The notes beneath the pieces are model-generated. The model was not told the DNA's origin. It did no database searches and worked only from the letters and a program-made list of their open reading frames with translations. A DNA stretch of 64,000 nucleotides from Enoplolaimus lenunculus (taxonomy: Eukaryota). Shown one piece after another: positions 1 to 12,990 of this stretch; position 1 is the stretch's first letter; each line of letters begins with the position of its first letter. The stretch spans positions 434,001 to 498,000 of the forward strand of contig JASANG010000753.1 in NCBI GenBank assembly GCA_030248215.1. Reading direction: 5' to 3'. A program made the position numbers and the translations under genes.

Positions 1-1566
1 TGCACAGTAGCATTGGCGTGCCGAGCAGGGGTTCGGGTGTGGGGCACCCGCAGCGCGGTCCGGCCAGTCTGTAATTTGTTAAGTAAAGGTACGACTCCAA
101 CAATATGCCAATTTTAGGTTAACAATCAATATTTTTAGTCGTTTTGTTTCAGCACCGGTTGCTCCACCAATCTAAATTTTCGCCGCCTACGCTACTCGTA
201 AGTTGTGTGTGCCACCTATGTTCACGGGTGATTTACGTACCCACACCAGGGTCGTCTACGATGGGGGGAGCGGAGTGGATATACATTCCCCACGATATTG
301 ATATAGAAAAGAGTAAAATGCTCTCGTACATGCTTTAACAAATCTGCTCGATTGTCGAGTTAAAAAAACAACGTTAAATAATACCCTCCGGAAATGAAAT
401 TGCTGCAACGCCCATGCGTGAGCCCATGTTAGCTTAAGGGGCGTCCAGGTCTCTGATGGTTCTATAAAAGAGCAGGTTTACATTCTAGATTACATTTTTT
501 TTGCTTAGGCGTAGGCTTGTGCTTAGGATAAGAACTCGTTTTTGCACGCTTAGGCATAGACTTAAGAATACGCTTAATCTACTGTTGCGCCCCTTAAAGT
601 AACATTGGCCCCATTCAATTGTGCCCCCACGTTTTGCCGACAACCTTTCCGCTTAATCCTTTGAGCTCTGGTTCGTTTTGCCAAACTAAATTGAGTTTGA
701 AGTTTTCATGGCTAAAGTTTATTTTTTTGAAACCTATTTTGCCAAGTGTTTTGAAAGTTTGTAAACACTTTATGTGGGTAGCCAGGAGCGCTATGCTCAC
801 GAGGTGTGTAGATCACCACTTATCGGTGCCAATTTGAATTGAATAATAAATTATTCGCCGTTTCAAGCCACAATTCAACCGAGTTAGGCAAAAATATTTT
901 AGATCGAACCTAAAATGCCAGGCTGAGCCTAAACCTAAGCCTGTTTTTAGGAAAACGTAAAAGATGCGATTTTTTTAACAGTTGACGTGCGTGTTTTTAA
1001 AAAAAGACATACATTTATGTCATTTGCTAAGGCTAAATTTATACTTTTATTTGTCAGCTTGTAAGAGTGTCCAGTGCTCGCCGTAAGGCGATCCTTAAGG
1101 TTTACAGCTTCTACACGATTCGCTAGTTGTGACACTGGCATATCTAAAAATCTCAAGCGTGGGTTGAACACGCGATATAGCGAAAAAAGCCTTGCGAGCG
1201 AAAAGTCAAACGCAATTTTAGTGCTTAATCTTTAACACAAAGCTTTAGCTTTGATTCGTATTGCGGACGACATGATCCGAATGACTCTCGTTTTAGGATT
1301 CGCTACTGAACTCTCTGTAAGGCTTTCGACTCACATAATGCTTACAAGATTAGCTAACCTGTAAACAAGGGTTTGTCGTGACGTAAATGTTATAAAAATA
1401 CGGCAATTTCCGCTTTAACAATTAATTTAAGAATAAATGAAAAAAGAAGAAATTAATACACAACTTTATCGCCAGCATCGAAATTATGATGTCAGAAAAA
1501 GTGTGTGATTTATAAGGATTCTTAGACGTAAAGATATGCGCCCACGCCAGATGGTTTGTAAACATT

Positions 1567-1898
1567 GGCCCATGTTAAGATCAGGGGCGGAACGTTTTTC
1601 TGTGGGACTAGAAAAGAGTAACCTTAAGCTTTAGACTAATTGTTTTTTGTTTGGCTTAGAGCTTAAGGCCTTAACGCTTTAGACTAATTGTTTTTTGTTT
1701 CGGCTTAGGCTTAGGCTTTAGCGGGACGAACCCAGGACGGAGGGAAGGTCCCACCACCAGCAAGGAGCACCGCCCCAAAACCCCCAAAAGGCTTAATAGG
1801 AATATGCTCATTTTTACGATTAGGCTTAAGATTAGGCTTAGGCTTACGCTTAGGAATATGCTTATAATACTGCTCCGCCCCTGTTCTTTACATTGGCC
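1567..1898. mobile_element. Merlin-like MITE family B (TIR GGCCCATGTWAAGATCAGGGGCGG) with internal TTAGGC repeats
   Basis: Termini GGCCCATGTTAAGATCAGGGGCGG ... CCGCCCCTGTTCTTTACATTGGCC; near-TSD gtaaacatt/gtaacatt. Related copies at ~3800-4000, ~10310-10480, 11795-11993, ~22089-22193, 25259-25442, ~45710-45889, ~48367-48481 and ~57890-58040. Confidence 0.75.
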
Positions 1899-1999
1899 GT
1901 AACATTTATACCGGTGAAGTGCAGGGTATGATAATATTTTGGCCAATGTTACTTTAGCGAACGCTTCGCTGTTTATACGAGACTGCAATAGAGTCCGCT

Positions 2000-2490
2000 T
2001 ATGGTTGCGCTATACTCGCCGTGTGTCGGCAGACGCCGCTGCGCAACGCGATAAACTTTAGTCAAAAATTGTCGCACGCCACCAAATAGATTTTGCCTAT
2101 ATTTTTGTTAGCAACGCTAAGCCATTGCGGCGCTGCGCGGCGTCGGGCGATGGCGTGCGGCAACGTGCGGTACCGCCCTAAGACGCACATAGTCGTCCGG
2201 TGCAGTAAAGTATAGCGTAACCCTAACACTTATAACGTCGCTGACTACCTTGTTTGATGACTTTATAAGCGTTCACAAATAACTATATTTTTGTTAGCAA
2301 CGCTAAGCCATTGCGGCGCTGCGCGGCGGCGGGCGATGGCGTGCGTCGACGGGCGATGGCGTGCGGCAACGAGCGGTGCCGCCCGACGGCCCACATCGGC
2401 GTCCGGCGCAGTAAAGTATAGCGTAACCCTAACACTTATAACGTCGCTGACTACCTTGTTTGATGACTTTATAAGCGTTCACAAATAAAT
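2000..2490. mobile_element. PIF/Harbinger-like MITE remnant with ~190-bp tandem duplication
   Basis: GGTTGCGCTATACT (~2002) is inverted to AGTATAGCGTAACCC-TAA (~2209 and ~2415). Segment ~2097-2283 is repeated at ~2284-2490. A related copy lies at ~23333-23485. Confidence 0.45.
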
Positions 2491-2751
2491 TTCTTTGCTA
2501 AATAAATTTGCATATTTTTTACTGAACAATTTTAGCTCAAACTGTGGTGACTATAATTTTTGTACCTTTTTCTCTGCATTCAAAATTAAGGGTTTAGGCT
2601 TAAGCGCAGTGGTTGATTCAGAAACTTCTAAATGGGTGGCGTGGTGTAATAGTGAAAAAAACTCGCGAGCTAAGTGAGCCAGAAGTTGAACGCTAATTTA
2701 GTGCTAAACATTAATACATAATATTGGTTGTGATCTCTGTTACGGGGCCTA

Positions 2752-3460
2752 CACACAAAATAAATTGTCTCAAAATTTCAAGACTCCTACTTTCTTTAAA
2801 TTCTCAAGGCATAAATGTCTTGTATTTCAGACATTAATAGCCAGAAACAACTCAGAAATTCGTTTCTTAAATGGTTTAAAACATAAAACAACTCAGAAAA
2901 TCGTTTCTTAAATGGTTTAAAACATACATGTCTTATATTTAAGAAATTGCTATTGCCAATTTATAAGACACAAGTTTCTTTTATTCAAGAAATAGTTGTC
3001 TTATATTCAAGAAATGATTTTCTGATTTTGATGTATGTAAAACAAGTTACTTCATTTATATTCTTAAGGGAGTATATAAATGATCGAGCTTCAAAGATAT
3101 TGTGGATTGAGGTCAGAATCCTCCCAACCTAAGTTTACATCTTGGACCTATCTTAGGTTGTAAAATTGGGGTACTGTGTTAAGCTTAGCCCCCAATTTTG
3201 TAGTCGGTTTCCATGGCAAATTTCTGTGTTTTGTTTCAGACATATTTTCTTATATTTCAGAAATATTTGTCATATTTCAGAAACATTTTTCTAACATTTT
3301 TCTTAATCGTTCACTACAGTCTATGAAAAACTTTAGACCAATATTTCTGACCATTTTAAGAATAAAAATCTTGAATTCAAGACATATATCTGGAGTCTGT
3401 ATCAAGACACCTTAAATTTCAGACAATACTTCTTGAATACAAGACAATTTATTTTGTGTG
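2752..3460. mobile_element. Non-autonomous EnSpm/CACTA-like DNA transposon
   Basis: TIR CACACAAAATAAATTGTCT / AGACAATTTATTTTGTGTG, flanked by TA on both sides; many internal TCTTGAA/TTCAAGA-type motifs. Confidence 0.7.
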
Positions 3461-5194
3461 TACGCCAGGCCAGGAGTATGCAGACGCCCACCTTGACTCT
3501 GCCAGTGTTTTATTAAGTAGACATTTCCGAAGCCTAAGATTAGTATGCGTAAATTATGGACCGGGCGTAGTACAGGTGCCCACTAAAAGGGTAATTGAAA
3601 ATACTATAAATGGCAACGATCAAACCTTTTTCGATATGGCTTTTAAGTACGGGTTCTAGATATTGTATATGGTTTATAGGTACATATTGACAATCTTCAT
3701 AACAGGTTTCCTTTGTAATTTACCTATCGTTGGCCATATTTCTTTGAATAAATTGTTTTTTGCCGTTCAACGATTCGCCTTAAAAATTGTTGACGTTTAA
3801 CCCAATGTGTAGAACAGAGCCTAAACAGCAGTATAAGCATATTCTTTTAAGCCTAAACCGAAACCAAAGCCTAGACGTAACAATGAGTATATGCCTAAGC
3901 CTAAGCCTAACTTGCAGCAAAACGTTAGTCTAAAGCTTAAGCTTACCCTATTGCAGTCTCGCAAAAAAAAACGTTCTGCCGCTAATCTTTACATGAACCG
4001 ACGTTTAAAAGCTTTTTTCGTGAAATATAATTGTGAAACTATGATATAACACATATGAAACGGCTAAAAACTATTTTGAAAAGAGGCAGTTGAACTAAAC
4101 TTTCGGCTTTTTTGACTTTTAAAGCATACAAATAAAACTTAATTCTAAATTTATTCGAAAAAATCATTTTAAGCGAAAAGTAATTTTTCCCTAATATTTA
4201 AAACAACTTTTTTCACAAAAATAACTCCAAGCCGTTAATTTCTTTCCGTTATTCAATGATTTTGAGGTTTTAAATTTCAAAACTTTCGAAAAATTATATA
4301 TTATAGCATAAAAATCGGGGTGCGAAACCGGATATTCGTTCCCGTTTCCGTTATAGAAATACCGGACATTCGTTTATTTTTACGTTCAGAGATTGTTAAG
4401 TTACGTAAATTTCTCGCAATGTTTCATTACAGATATGCTGCAATTGTCCGTGCTGAAACGAAAATTACGATATTCATCCATACACTTAAAAATTTCGGTG
4501 CGTCAGCCGTTTTTTGTTCAAAATTTTCGGAAAAGACCGGTGAACATTTGCAGGTCTCAAATTGTGTTGGCAGAAAAATGAAATGAAATTTATATCCGTT
4601 TTCCGTTTTCGATTCCGTTTCCATTGTTTTAACTTTTGCAAAAAACTAAAAGTTTTCAATTCTCAATTTATCCGTTCACCAAATGCAATATATATATAAA
4701 TATATATATACATATACATATACATATATATATATATTTAACCAACTTAATCTTTGTTTCATATACTCGTCTAGTTGATGTTAAATTTTAGTTGCTTATT
4801 CGTCTCGTTTGGCTGAGGTCTCGACAACCTTGACAACTGTGCCGCCCCCGTCAATGAGCCGCAGTCCTTTCAAATTAGCAAGACCCTACGGTACCAAAGG
4901 TTTGCTGCTTAAATTTGCAATTAAACTAAATGCATGATTGCATTTGTTACTAAAATACCACCTTGTTTATTATACTTTTAGTGCTGAAATTAATTTTGTT
5001 TGCCTTTGGGTACGTTTTTGCGTTGGAGATTAGGTTAACAAAAAATGGTTTAGGAAAATGCTACCGGCTTTCAATTGAAACATTGATTATTTCACGATTT
5101 TTAAAATTGAAATTCAAAAGTATACGTTGTTTGATGTGTGGTTATGTTATTTTCAACAATAAAGTTTGCTAAGATTTGCGTTCGTGTTTGTTTA

Positions 5195-5465
5195 TTAGCC
5201 CTCTCACTCATAGAGTATACTGTGAGCAACTAAATACAATAATATCCGAGCAATATAGACACTGTGAGCAGTGTTTAACATTTATAAGATATGTGCGCAG
5301 TGCAAAATCTTCATTAGAGGTGTGAGACCCCTCGGGCTCGAGCGTCAAGCTCCTATAGCTCAGCGGTCATCGTAAACGCCTCCCACCCGTGAGACTGGGA
5401 GTCGAAACTTACATTGAAATTACATCTCATGTGAAATTGAAAATATTCATGTGACAAAGGGTTAA
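5195..5465 (+). mobile_element. piggyBac-like MITE carrying tRNA-like A/B boxes
   Basis: TTAG-CCC ... GGG-TTAA ends; internal TAGCTCAGCGG (A box) and GTCGAAAC (degenerate B box). Copies at 8325-8595, 42143-42420, ~46290-46480, ~46992-47068 (internally deleted) and ~60240-60580. Confidence 0.65.
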
Positions 5466-5607
5466 AGAATGCATCATTCAAAACTCAAAAAAATAATATT
5501 ATAACCAGTTGTGAGATAAAATGTACAGTAGTCTTCTCGCATCACATGCAGGTAAATATGTTTTCAGTTAAATTTCGCTCTAATGCAAAATTACAGTTTT
5601 AGAAATC

Positions 5608-8600
5608 ATGAATTGTAAAAGGTTAATAGCACTAAATATATTATTAGTGATTTTGTTCTATAACCAAACTTCTGCATCAGAAGGCACCCACGTTAGAGCA
5701 GGTAAGTTGCACTAAATTGCCTGATTTTTTGGCCCATGTTACTTTAAGGGGCGTCCAGGTTTCTGGTGGTTCTACTAAAAAGTAGGTTTAGATTTTAGAT
5801 TACATTTTTTGCTTAGGCTTATACTTAGGAACTCATTTTGCAACGCTTAGGCTTAGGCTTAGGCTTAGGAATACGCTTAATCTACTCTTACGCCCTCAAA
5901 GTAACATCGGTGGATTTTTTCATAATTGATCCGCCTGTGATAGAAGTTGTTGCCAGAGGGTCGCCTGGGTCACCTCCCCTTCTGCGGGCCTTTTCTGTCA
6001 TAAAGTCAATTGTTTGGCAAGGATATCCGAGACTGGGGCAGGCTGGGCCTCTCCTTAGCTGAGTAAGCTCTGCGACCAACTTTTTAAGCTTTCTTGAAGA
6101 CCGCATGATTTTGTAGACCAAAGAAACGAACCAGTTCAAATGGTCAGTGTCATGTAGGCGCTATGGTTGAAGGAAATTTTGCGAACAAAGCTAGCTGGAA
6201 GCTAGAAACGCTATTACTTGAACACATGTACCAAACCATAATTTGAAGTGTGTCTTGGGTAATCGAATGCAAAAATAACTAGCAAAGGTCTTTTCAACCG
6301 ATTGAAACCAGCCGCAATTTTTGACCCTTGAAAAAATATCTGGCCAGTTTGGCTCCATAGAAAACTCTTGAGCGAAGCGAACGTGAAGCCAGAGGCATGT
6401 GTTTGTATTCAAAAACATTAAAAATTTTATTTGTTCTTCAGCGCTCGACCCTGTTTAAGCCGGGTGGACCCCACCCAATCTGGGTAGGGCCATCCCGATC
6501 TCTGGTGGAACTGCAAACCAGTTAGGTTACATTTTGGACTATATTTTTTGCTTTAGGCTAAAGGCTTATGTTTAGATTTTGGTTTACAACTTTTTCAGCG
6601 CTTATGCTTAGACTGAGGGCTAGGAATATACTTTAAGCCACAATTACTGCCGAAGGGTAACATTGACCAACTCTGCTAACAATTCCTGGTTTACAAGGCT
6701 GTTTCGGCATAAACCTTCTGTCCTGATGTAGATATAAAGATATATAAATGGCAAACATACATGTAAAATAATCGTTTCAAAATTTTGCTTCTCTTGAATT
6801 AGTTCTATTGAACTATTTGAACAGAAAAATATTGTGTCATATTTGGCTCGTTTCGATGTTTCAGGAACGTCAGATGATTTAATGAGTGAACATTCGCCAT
6901 CAATGGTAAGTTTAGACTAATATCCTTTGACAGATTCTGAATTTAGCTGATTTAAATACCAGCTGCACAAAACATTTTCAAGTATTCTTGATCATTCTGT
7001 TTTGTCAAATAGTGTTGTAAAGTTGATTTTTCCACAACCAATGCTTAGATCCGTCGCTGCCACGGTATTTCCAACCGGATGTCTGCCGCCAGCTCCGGTA
7101 TTATCGACCTCCGGCTCCGGCTGCAACTCCGCTAAAAATTTTGCTCGAGGTTCGTTGCAACTGCGGTAGTATTGTATCGTTCAGTGCGTTTGACTTGTGC
7201 GAAAAATGTGCTGAATGTGCTGAATCTTAAGCCTCAGCATTCGTTGGCTTAAAAGTTACAAGACCTATTACCAACTGGTGATAGCTGCTGCTCACTTTTG
7301 ACAATACGAGCCGTTGAATAAAGGATTCATTTTAGAATTGCGATAAAGCTCATATGGATTGAAATAAAAAGTATCACATAAAATTTTTGTTATTGCTGAA
7401 TGCTGTTAAAGTTAAGGTTGCATTACAGTACTCCTGTCTATTTAAAGAAACATACACTGCAAAAAATGGTGAGTCAAATTGTCTCACTACGAAACAGACT
7501 ATACGGGACAACACAAACTGAGCCAAATTCGGCTCCGCAAGACTCAAACGTGCGGCTTAGTGAGTCGAATTTTGACTCTGGCGGAGTCGAATTTTACTCA
7601 GTTTGTGTAGTTCCATAGAGCCTATTTCGGAGAGAGTCAATTTGACTCACCATTCTTTTGCCGTGTAGTTTCGGAATGTGGGGATAAATGAGTAGCATAG
7701 CCCCTTTTTTTAGCTGAATTTTATGTAGTCAACTATGTTTCAGGCTTTAATTCCGGTCTACGCTAGTGCTTCCTCAGGTAAGTCTAAAAAATTCTATTGA
7801 TTACATATTTCCCGTAGGTACGTGCTATTTGTTTATTTTTCTCAAACTGAACCGTTGTTTGAATATAGTTCTTGGCTATTAATGCAATTTCCACAATATC
7901 ATGCGTACACCAGGTCACTTTTGAAAGGGGAAGGGGGTAGCGTGATGAGCACTGAAACGTTTTTGGCTTTAGTGTTCATCACGCTACACCCGTCAAAAGT
8001 CACCCGACGTACGCATGATATTGTGTAAATTGCGTTACTATTACATTTTTAATGACGACTGTATACAATGAATGGCGATAAACGGGTAGTAAAAATAACG
8101 GAAACAAAAACGGATATCCATGGATACCCACTGTTGGGTGTACGCGAGCAAGCTTTGATACATGAGGATTAGACCAGTATGAGTAAACCGCATAAAGTTT
8201 CACAATCACTACGGAATTTAAAGACGGGACGAGTACAACAGTTGTTGGCTTTTGTATACTTTCCACTACACATTTAAAGTTTAGGATTAGGCTTAGTCTT
8301 ATAGTCAATGTCTTATGGTTTTGCTTAACCCTTTCTCGCATAGAGTTGACTGTGGGTAACTAAGCGTAGTGTACATACGTTAAATAGTATATATCGCGCA
8401 GTGTTTAACAATTGCAACACGTATACATAGTACTAAATCACCACAAGACGTCAGAGCCCCCGCGGGCTCGAGCGTCAAGCTCCTATAGCTGAGTGGTGAT
8501 GGCATACGCCTCTCACTGCAGTCACTGGAGTTCGAATCCTAGCATAAAAGTAGGTCTCAGGAGAAATAGAAAATATTCATGTGATAAAGTGTTAAGTAAA

Positions 8601-9635
8601 CCTTTTGCTAAAACTAATCCGAACCTCAAATGCGGGGATACTGTACAAGTGCCATACCTACATTTCGGTATATCTTGTATGGTGCTGACAAACGATTTGT
8701 TTCAGGCAACGCCGAACACGGATTATCCCGTCGTAAACGAAGCACAAGCGGATTTTTAGTATCGTCTGGTGATATAACATCGCCCGCAACTGTCCTGGAT
8801 CCCGATATAGAATCAGAACTTGACCCACTGTCAGACCCCGAAGCAATGTCGTTGCTGGTCGATGAAATCAAAAAATCCCACAGCCTTCGATCTGCCGATT
8901 ATCCCTTAGACGTGGACGCCGGCGAAAACGGATATCTTATTTGGTCTCCTGATAGTTCTGAAATTTTACGCCGTAGTACTCGCGCCACACGATCAAGAAT
9001 GGGACTGTTGTTTTTAGGAGCGAATCCACTTGCCGGATACCAAGATGCAAGCGATGTGCCCGTTCACGTACCCGAGAAGCGAAGAACTGTCAAACTGTTG
9101 AACAGTATGAATTATAATCGATTCTACCAACCGTCTCCTTATTCGACGTCTGCTCGCTATGGATACGGTAAACGTGTGAATGGTTATTATAATTATTGTA
9201 AGTACTTAGCTAGTTTAAATAAATTAGGTTCGTAGCTAAAAGGTTCATTCGTTGACGGTACAATATCACCCGTATCAGAAACTTAACCAGGATTTCAATT
9301 CGGGATGGTGTAACGTCAAGAAATTTTTAGACGAAAAGATTCCTGCGACGCAATTCTAAACCTGTAATACTGCCGTTGGACCTCCAGCAATTTTGAAATG
9401 GCATAACTATATTACCCTATTCGCTCTTTATATACGCCCTTTTAGTGCTTTTCTACTTGGACGCGTAGCGAGCGAAAAGAAATAAGGGACCTTAATAATT
9501 CAACGTTTATTGAAACCTTTAGGACTTACCTTCATCCCGTCTCTGTAAAATTTTGATACCTGTACGTATGTCTTATCCCATACGCCTATAGTACTAATTT
9601 ACTTAGTATTTTAAGTTATTTTAGCTAATGAATAA
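5608..9635 (+). CDS. Secreted neuropeptide/prohormone-like precursor (~223 aa, 5 coding exons)
   Basis: Exons 5608-5701, 6865-6905, 7744-7777, 8706-9197 and 9625-9635 join in frame via GT...AG (TTTCAG acceptors, GTAAG donors). N-terminal signal peptide MNCKRLIALNILLVILFYNQTSA; RRKR and KRR cleavage sites; amidation motif YGYGKR; AATAAA overlaps the stop. The last exon is less certain (unspliced stop at 9235). Confidence 0.7.
7455..7665. mobile_element. Foldback EnSpm-like MITE (CACTGCAAAAAATGGTGAGTC termini)
   Basis: Long inverted arms, CAC...GTG ends, TA flanks; lies in an intron of the neuropeptide-like gene. Confidence 0.75.
8325..8595 (+). mobile_element. piggyBac-like MITE with tRNA-like A/B boxes
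   Basis: TTAA-CCCTTTCTCGCAT ... ATGTGATAAAGTG-TTAA; A box TAGCTGAGTGG, B box GTTCGAATCC. Confidence 0.7.
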
Positions 9636-10032
9636 AATTTTTTAAGAAATAATTGTTCATTTATGTTTTTATTAATGTTTATCTCAAACTGAGTCCCGAG
9701 GACAGATTTTATACGAGATAAGGAATGCATTCGTGCTTGTAAAATTTCAACCCAACCCGTGTCGAGTTAGAATTTTTGAGATGCAATTTTAACTACGATC
9801 GTAAGGAGTTTCTGTTTTTAATAGCTAAGTAATTTGCGGTCAAGTAGTGTGAAATGCTACCTGCCGCAAGTGCTAATATTTGGTTTATCGCCAGAAAAAT
9901 GTTACGGGTACTTTAGTCCCCACCCTGGAATATTTTTCTGCCCAGAAAGTTTAAGCAAGTCATGTGAAATCTAGTACGGCTCTCCTGGAATGTTTTGTCT
10001 CTATGGCATGATAAGAGCTGGCTACAGGCTTG

Positions 10033-10240
10033 CACTGCAAAAAATGGTGAGTCAAATTGACTCTCTCCGAAATAGGCTCTACGGGACTACACAATCTGAG
10101 CCAAATTCGACTTCAATAGAATCAAATTTGAGTCAAAATCGCACGTTTGACTCTGGCGGAGTCGAATTTTGACTCAGTTTGTGTAGTCCCGTAGAGCCTA
10201 TTTCGGAGGGAGTCAATTTGACTCACCATTTTTTGCAGTG
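10033..10240. mobile_element. Foldback EnSpm-like MITE (same family as 7455-7665)
   Basis: Near-perfect long inverted arms CACTGCAAAAAATGGTGAGTCAAATTGACTC... / ...GAGTCAATTTGACTCACCATTTTTTGCAGTG; 2-bp TG duplication. Confidence 0.8.
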
Positions 10241-10837
10241 TGGACAGACTGTTCAAATTAATGTTAGGTTTAGCATCAGTAAATTTTCAACGATACTTTC
10301 AATGTAAGATTTGTTTAAGAGAACAGGGTCGTAACAGTAGTTTAAACCTTTGCCATAGCGCCAGATTGAGTTAATCCTAAGCCCAAGCTTGAGCCTGAAC
10401 ATAGGTGAAAAATAGCTTAAAGCTGAAGCTTATCCTTTTGCAGTCCCGCAGAAATACGTTCCGACCCTGATCTTTACAATTGCCACGAAAACAAATTCAG
10501 TGAACAAAAGTATATTAATTTATATATTTGTTAGTAGGAGAAGACACTGACTATTACTATCTACGCAAATGATGTGTCAAACGAACCAAACAAACCGAAT
10601 GAAAAATGCCAAAAGGAAAATGAAACTTAGAAACCTTAAAAATTTGATTGAAATTTCTTCACAATCTGCAAAGGATTTTGAAACGTGAAATATTTGAAAT
10701 GGCCTTTTTTGAAGTGAAAGCTCTTGTTACCAAGGCAGTGACAAACAACGTCCGAATCAAATAATACCCTTCATTTAACAATTATTCTGAAATTTAAACC
10801 ATATGGTCAACACGGTTGCAATATTTACAACCGAAGT

Positions 10838-11176
10838 GGCCCATGTTACTTTTAGGGCCGTCCCGGTTTCTGGTGGGTCAGTAAAAAAGTAGGCTTACAT
10901 GCTAGACTACATATTTTTGCTTAGGCTTAGACTTAGGGTTAGGAATACGCTTTTGCAACGCTTAGGCTTAGGCTTAGACTTAGGCTTAGGCTTAGGCTTA
11001 GGCTTTTAGGCCTAGGAATACGCTTTTGCAACGCTTAGACTAGACTTAGACTTAGACTTAGGATTAGGCTTAGGCGTAGGTTTAGGGTTAAGAATACACT
11101 TTTGCAACGCTTAGGCTTTAACGCTTAGGCTTAGCAATACGCTTAATCAACTACGGGCCTAAAAGTAACATAGGCC
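10838..11176. mobile_element. Merlin-like MITE family A (TIR GGCCCATGTTACTTT) with expanded TTAGGC array
   Basis: GGCCCATGTTACTTTTAGGGCCG ... CGGGCCTAAAAGTAACATAGGCC; imperfect 8-bp TSD accgaagt/gccgaagc. Copies at ~421-611, ~5731-5909, 47177-47343, ~47456-47615 and 48142-48312. Confidence 0.75.
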
Positions 11177-11794
11177 GCCGAAGCCAACATCTTTCTGGCA
11201 AAGCAGTCACAACGCAACTAAAAGTTTCTATTATCTCATTCACCCCCCTACGGTATATTTCAAATCCTATTCTGGAAAATACTTTATAACCAGTTGAACA
11301 CAGTGTAAACGGGGTATGTAAAAATATGCAATCACAATTCAATGTGTATTCAGGTGAAGCGTAGCATGACTGCTAGCCAGGTTTACGATTTGGTGGACTA
11401 TAGTTACCAGAATAAGAGGGGGGACTAATATTTATTTGGCCTCTCCAGATGGTATCTTCCCTGTTATTCGGTTAGGGACTGTTATTTCGTTCTAACCCGT
11501 CCACCGCCGCCGTTCGTTACTGATATCCGGTATTGCAAATATCCGTTAAATTAAACGTTTATTTGTGTTGTATTAAAAATATTAAGCCATAATGCAATGT
11601 TTTATAGTTGTGAATGTACTTTCAAAAGTTAAGTACTTATGCTTTAAAGTTTAGAACTCAACTTTATTTGGTACTGAAGTCATTAATGCACTACAAAGGA
11701 ATAATTGATATCCATGGACTCTAATTAGGGTTTAGGGACTCTATCCAGTTACGGACTCCCCTGTTTTTCAGGAGGCTACAGTATCTGAAATTGG

Positions 11795-11993
11795 GGCCCA
11801 TGGAAAGATCAATGGCGGAACGTTTTTCTATGGGACTGCATTAGAGTAAGCTTCAGCTTTAGACTAATTTTTTTTGGCTTGGATTAGGCTTAGGATTAAC
11901 AATATGCTCATTCTTACGCTTAGGCTTAAGGTTTAGGCTTGGGCTTAGGAACATGCTTATCATACTGTTCCGCCCCTGTTCTTTACATTGGCC
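11795..11993. mobile_element. Merlin-like MITE family B
   Basis: GGCC termini with a perfect 8-bp TSD GAAATTGG (11787-11794 / 11994-12001); internal TTAGGC-like repeats. Confidence 0.8.
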
Positions 11994-12004
11994 GAAATTG
12001 GGAA

Positions 12005-12990
12005 CTTATGCGTGGTTCACGTTATAACTGGGGCCGTCGGGTCACGTTTTGTCACATGTTGATTCGACATGAACATAAATTTTTGCTACCATCATATAAT
12101 ACGGACAGACAAAAGTCGAATATCATGTGATATTTCTATACAAAGCGCGGGTACACAGGTGATGTCAACATACAAAGGTTCGTATGTCACGTGACACTAT
12201 CAGACATATTGATGAATATTATATGATATTCCAAATTAACAACATATATGATATGATATTCAGCAAGACGGATTTGGAGTATCATATGATGCTTTACTAT
12301 ACAATTTAAGTGCATTATATGATATTTTATTATGTAATTTTTGACATATCATAAGACAATCCGCCAAAATTTGAATGTATTCACCAAAATTTGAATTTTC
12401 CTACCAAAATTGGAATTTTCCCGCCAAATTTTGTTTCCCGCCAAATTTTGTATTTTCCCGCCAAAATTTCAAATTTCCCGCCAAAATTTGAATTTTCCGC
12501 CAAAAATATCATTTGCCCGCCAAATTTTGAATTTTCCCGCCAAAATTTAAATTTCCCGCCAAAATTTGAATTTCCCGCCAAAATTTGAATTTTCCGCCAA
12601 AAATACCATTTTTCCCGACAAATTTTGAATTTTCCCGCCAAGATTAAATTTCCCGCTATAGATGTTATTAGTATGTTATATACATTGTCTCATTATATCA
12701 TATGATACTAAAACGGCACATTTCTGTTAGTACCTATCATATTCCGCCATACGCAATCCTACTTGACTGACTCAGTAGACATATTCAAAATGATCATAAG
12801 ATAATGACAGACGATGTTGGGAATATCATATGATATTGAAAGACACAAGGTGACCGATACATGATGTTAGCAGACAACGAGTGTTTTTGGAATATTGGGT
12901 ACATCGCAGACAAAATGTTACCCAACATATATATAGGGCGTGACAAAACGTGACCCAGTTGCACCATTTATAACGTGAACTCCGCATTAG
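12005..12990. mobile_element. ~985-bp TIR element containing a TTTCCCGCCAAAA tandem array (12361-12656)
   Basis: CTTATGCGTGGTTCACGTTATAA is inverted to TTATAACGTGAACTCCGCATTAG; second inverted block GGGTCACGTTTTGTCAC / GTGACAAAACGTGACCC; central ~19-20-bp repeat units. Confidence 0.65.

Noticed and set aside
10915..11135. True telomere or chromosome-fusion scar
   Set aside because: Degenerate TTAGGC tracts are enclosed by MITE TIRs and a TSD and recur in dispersed copies.
12381..12641. ORFs with FPPKFEF / GGKFKFW repeats
   Set aside because: Translation of the TTTCCCGCCAAAA array.
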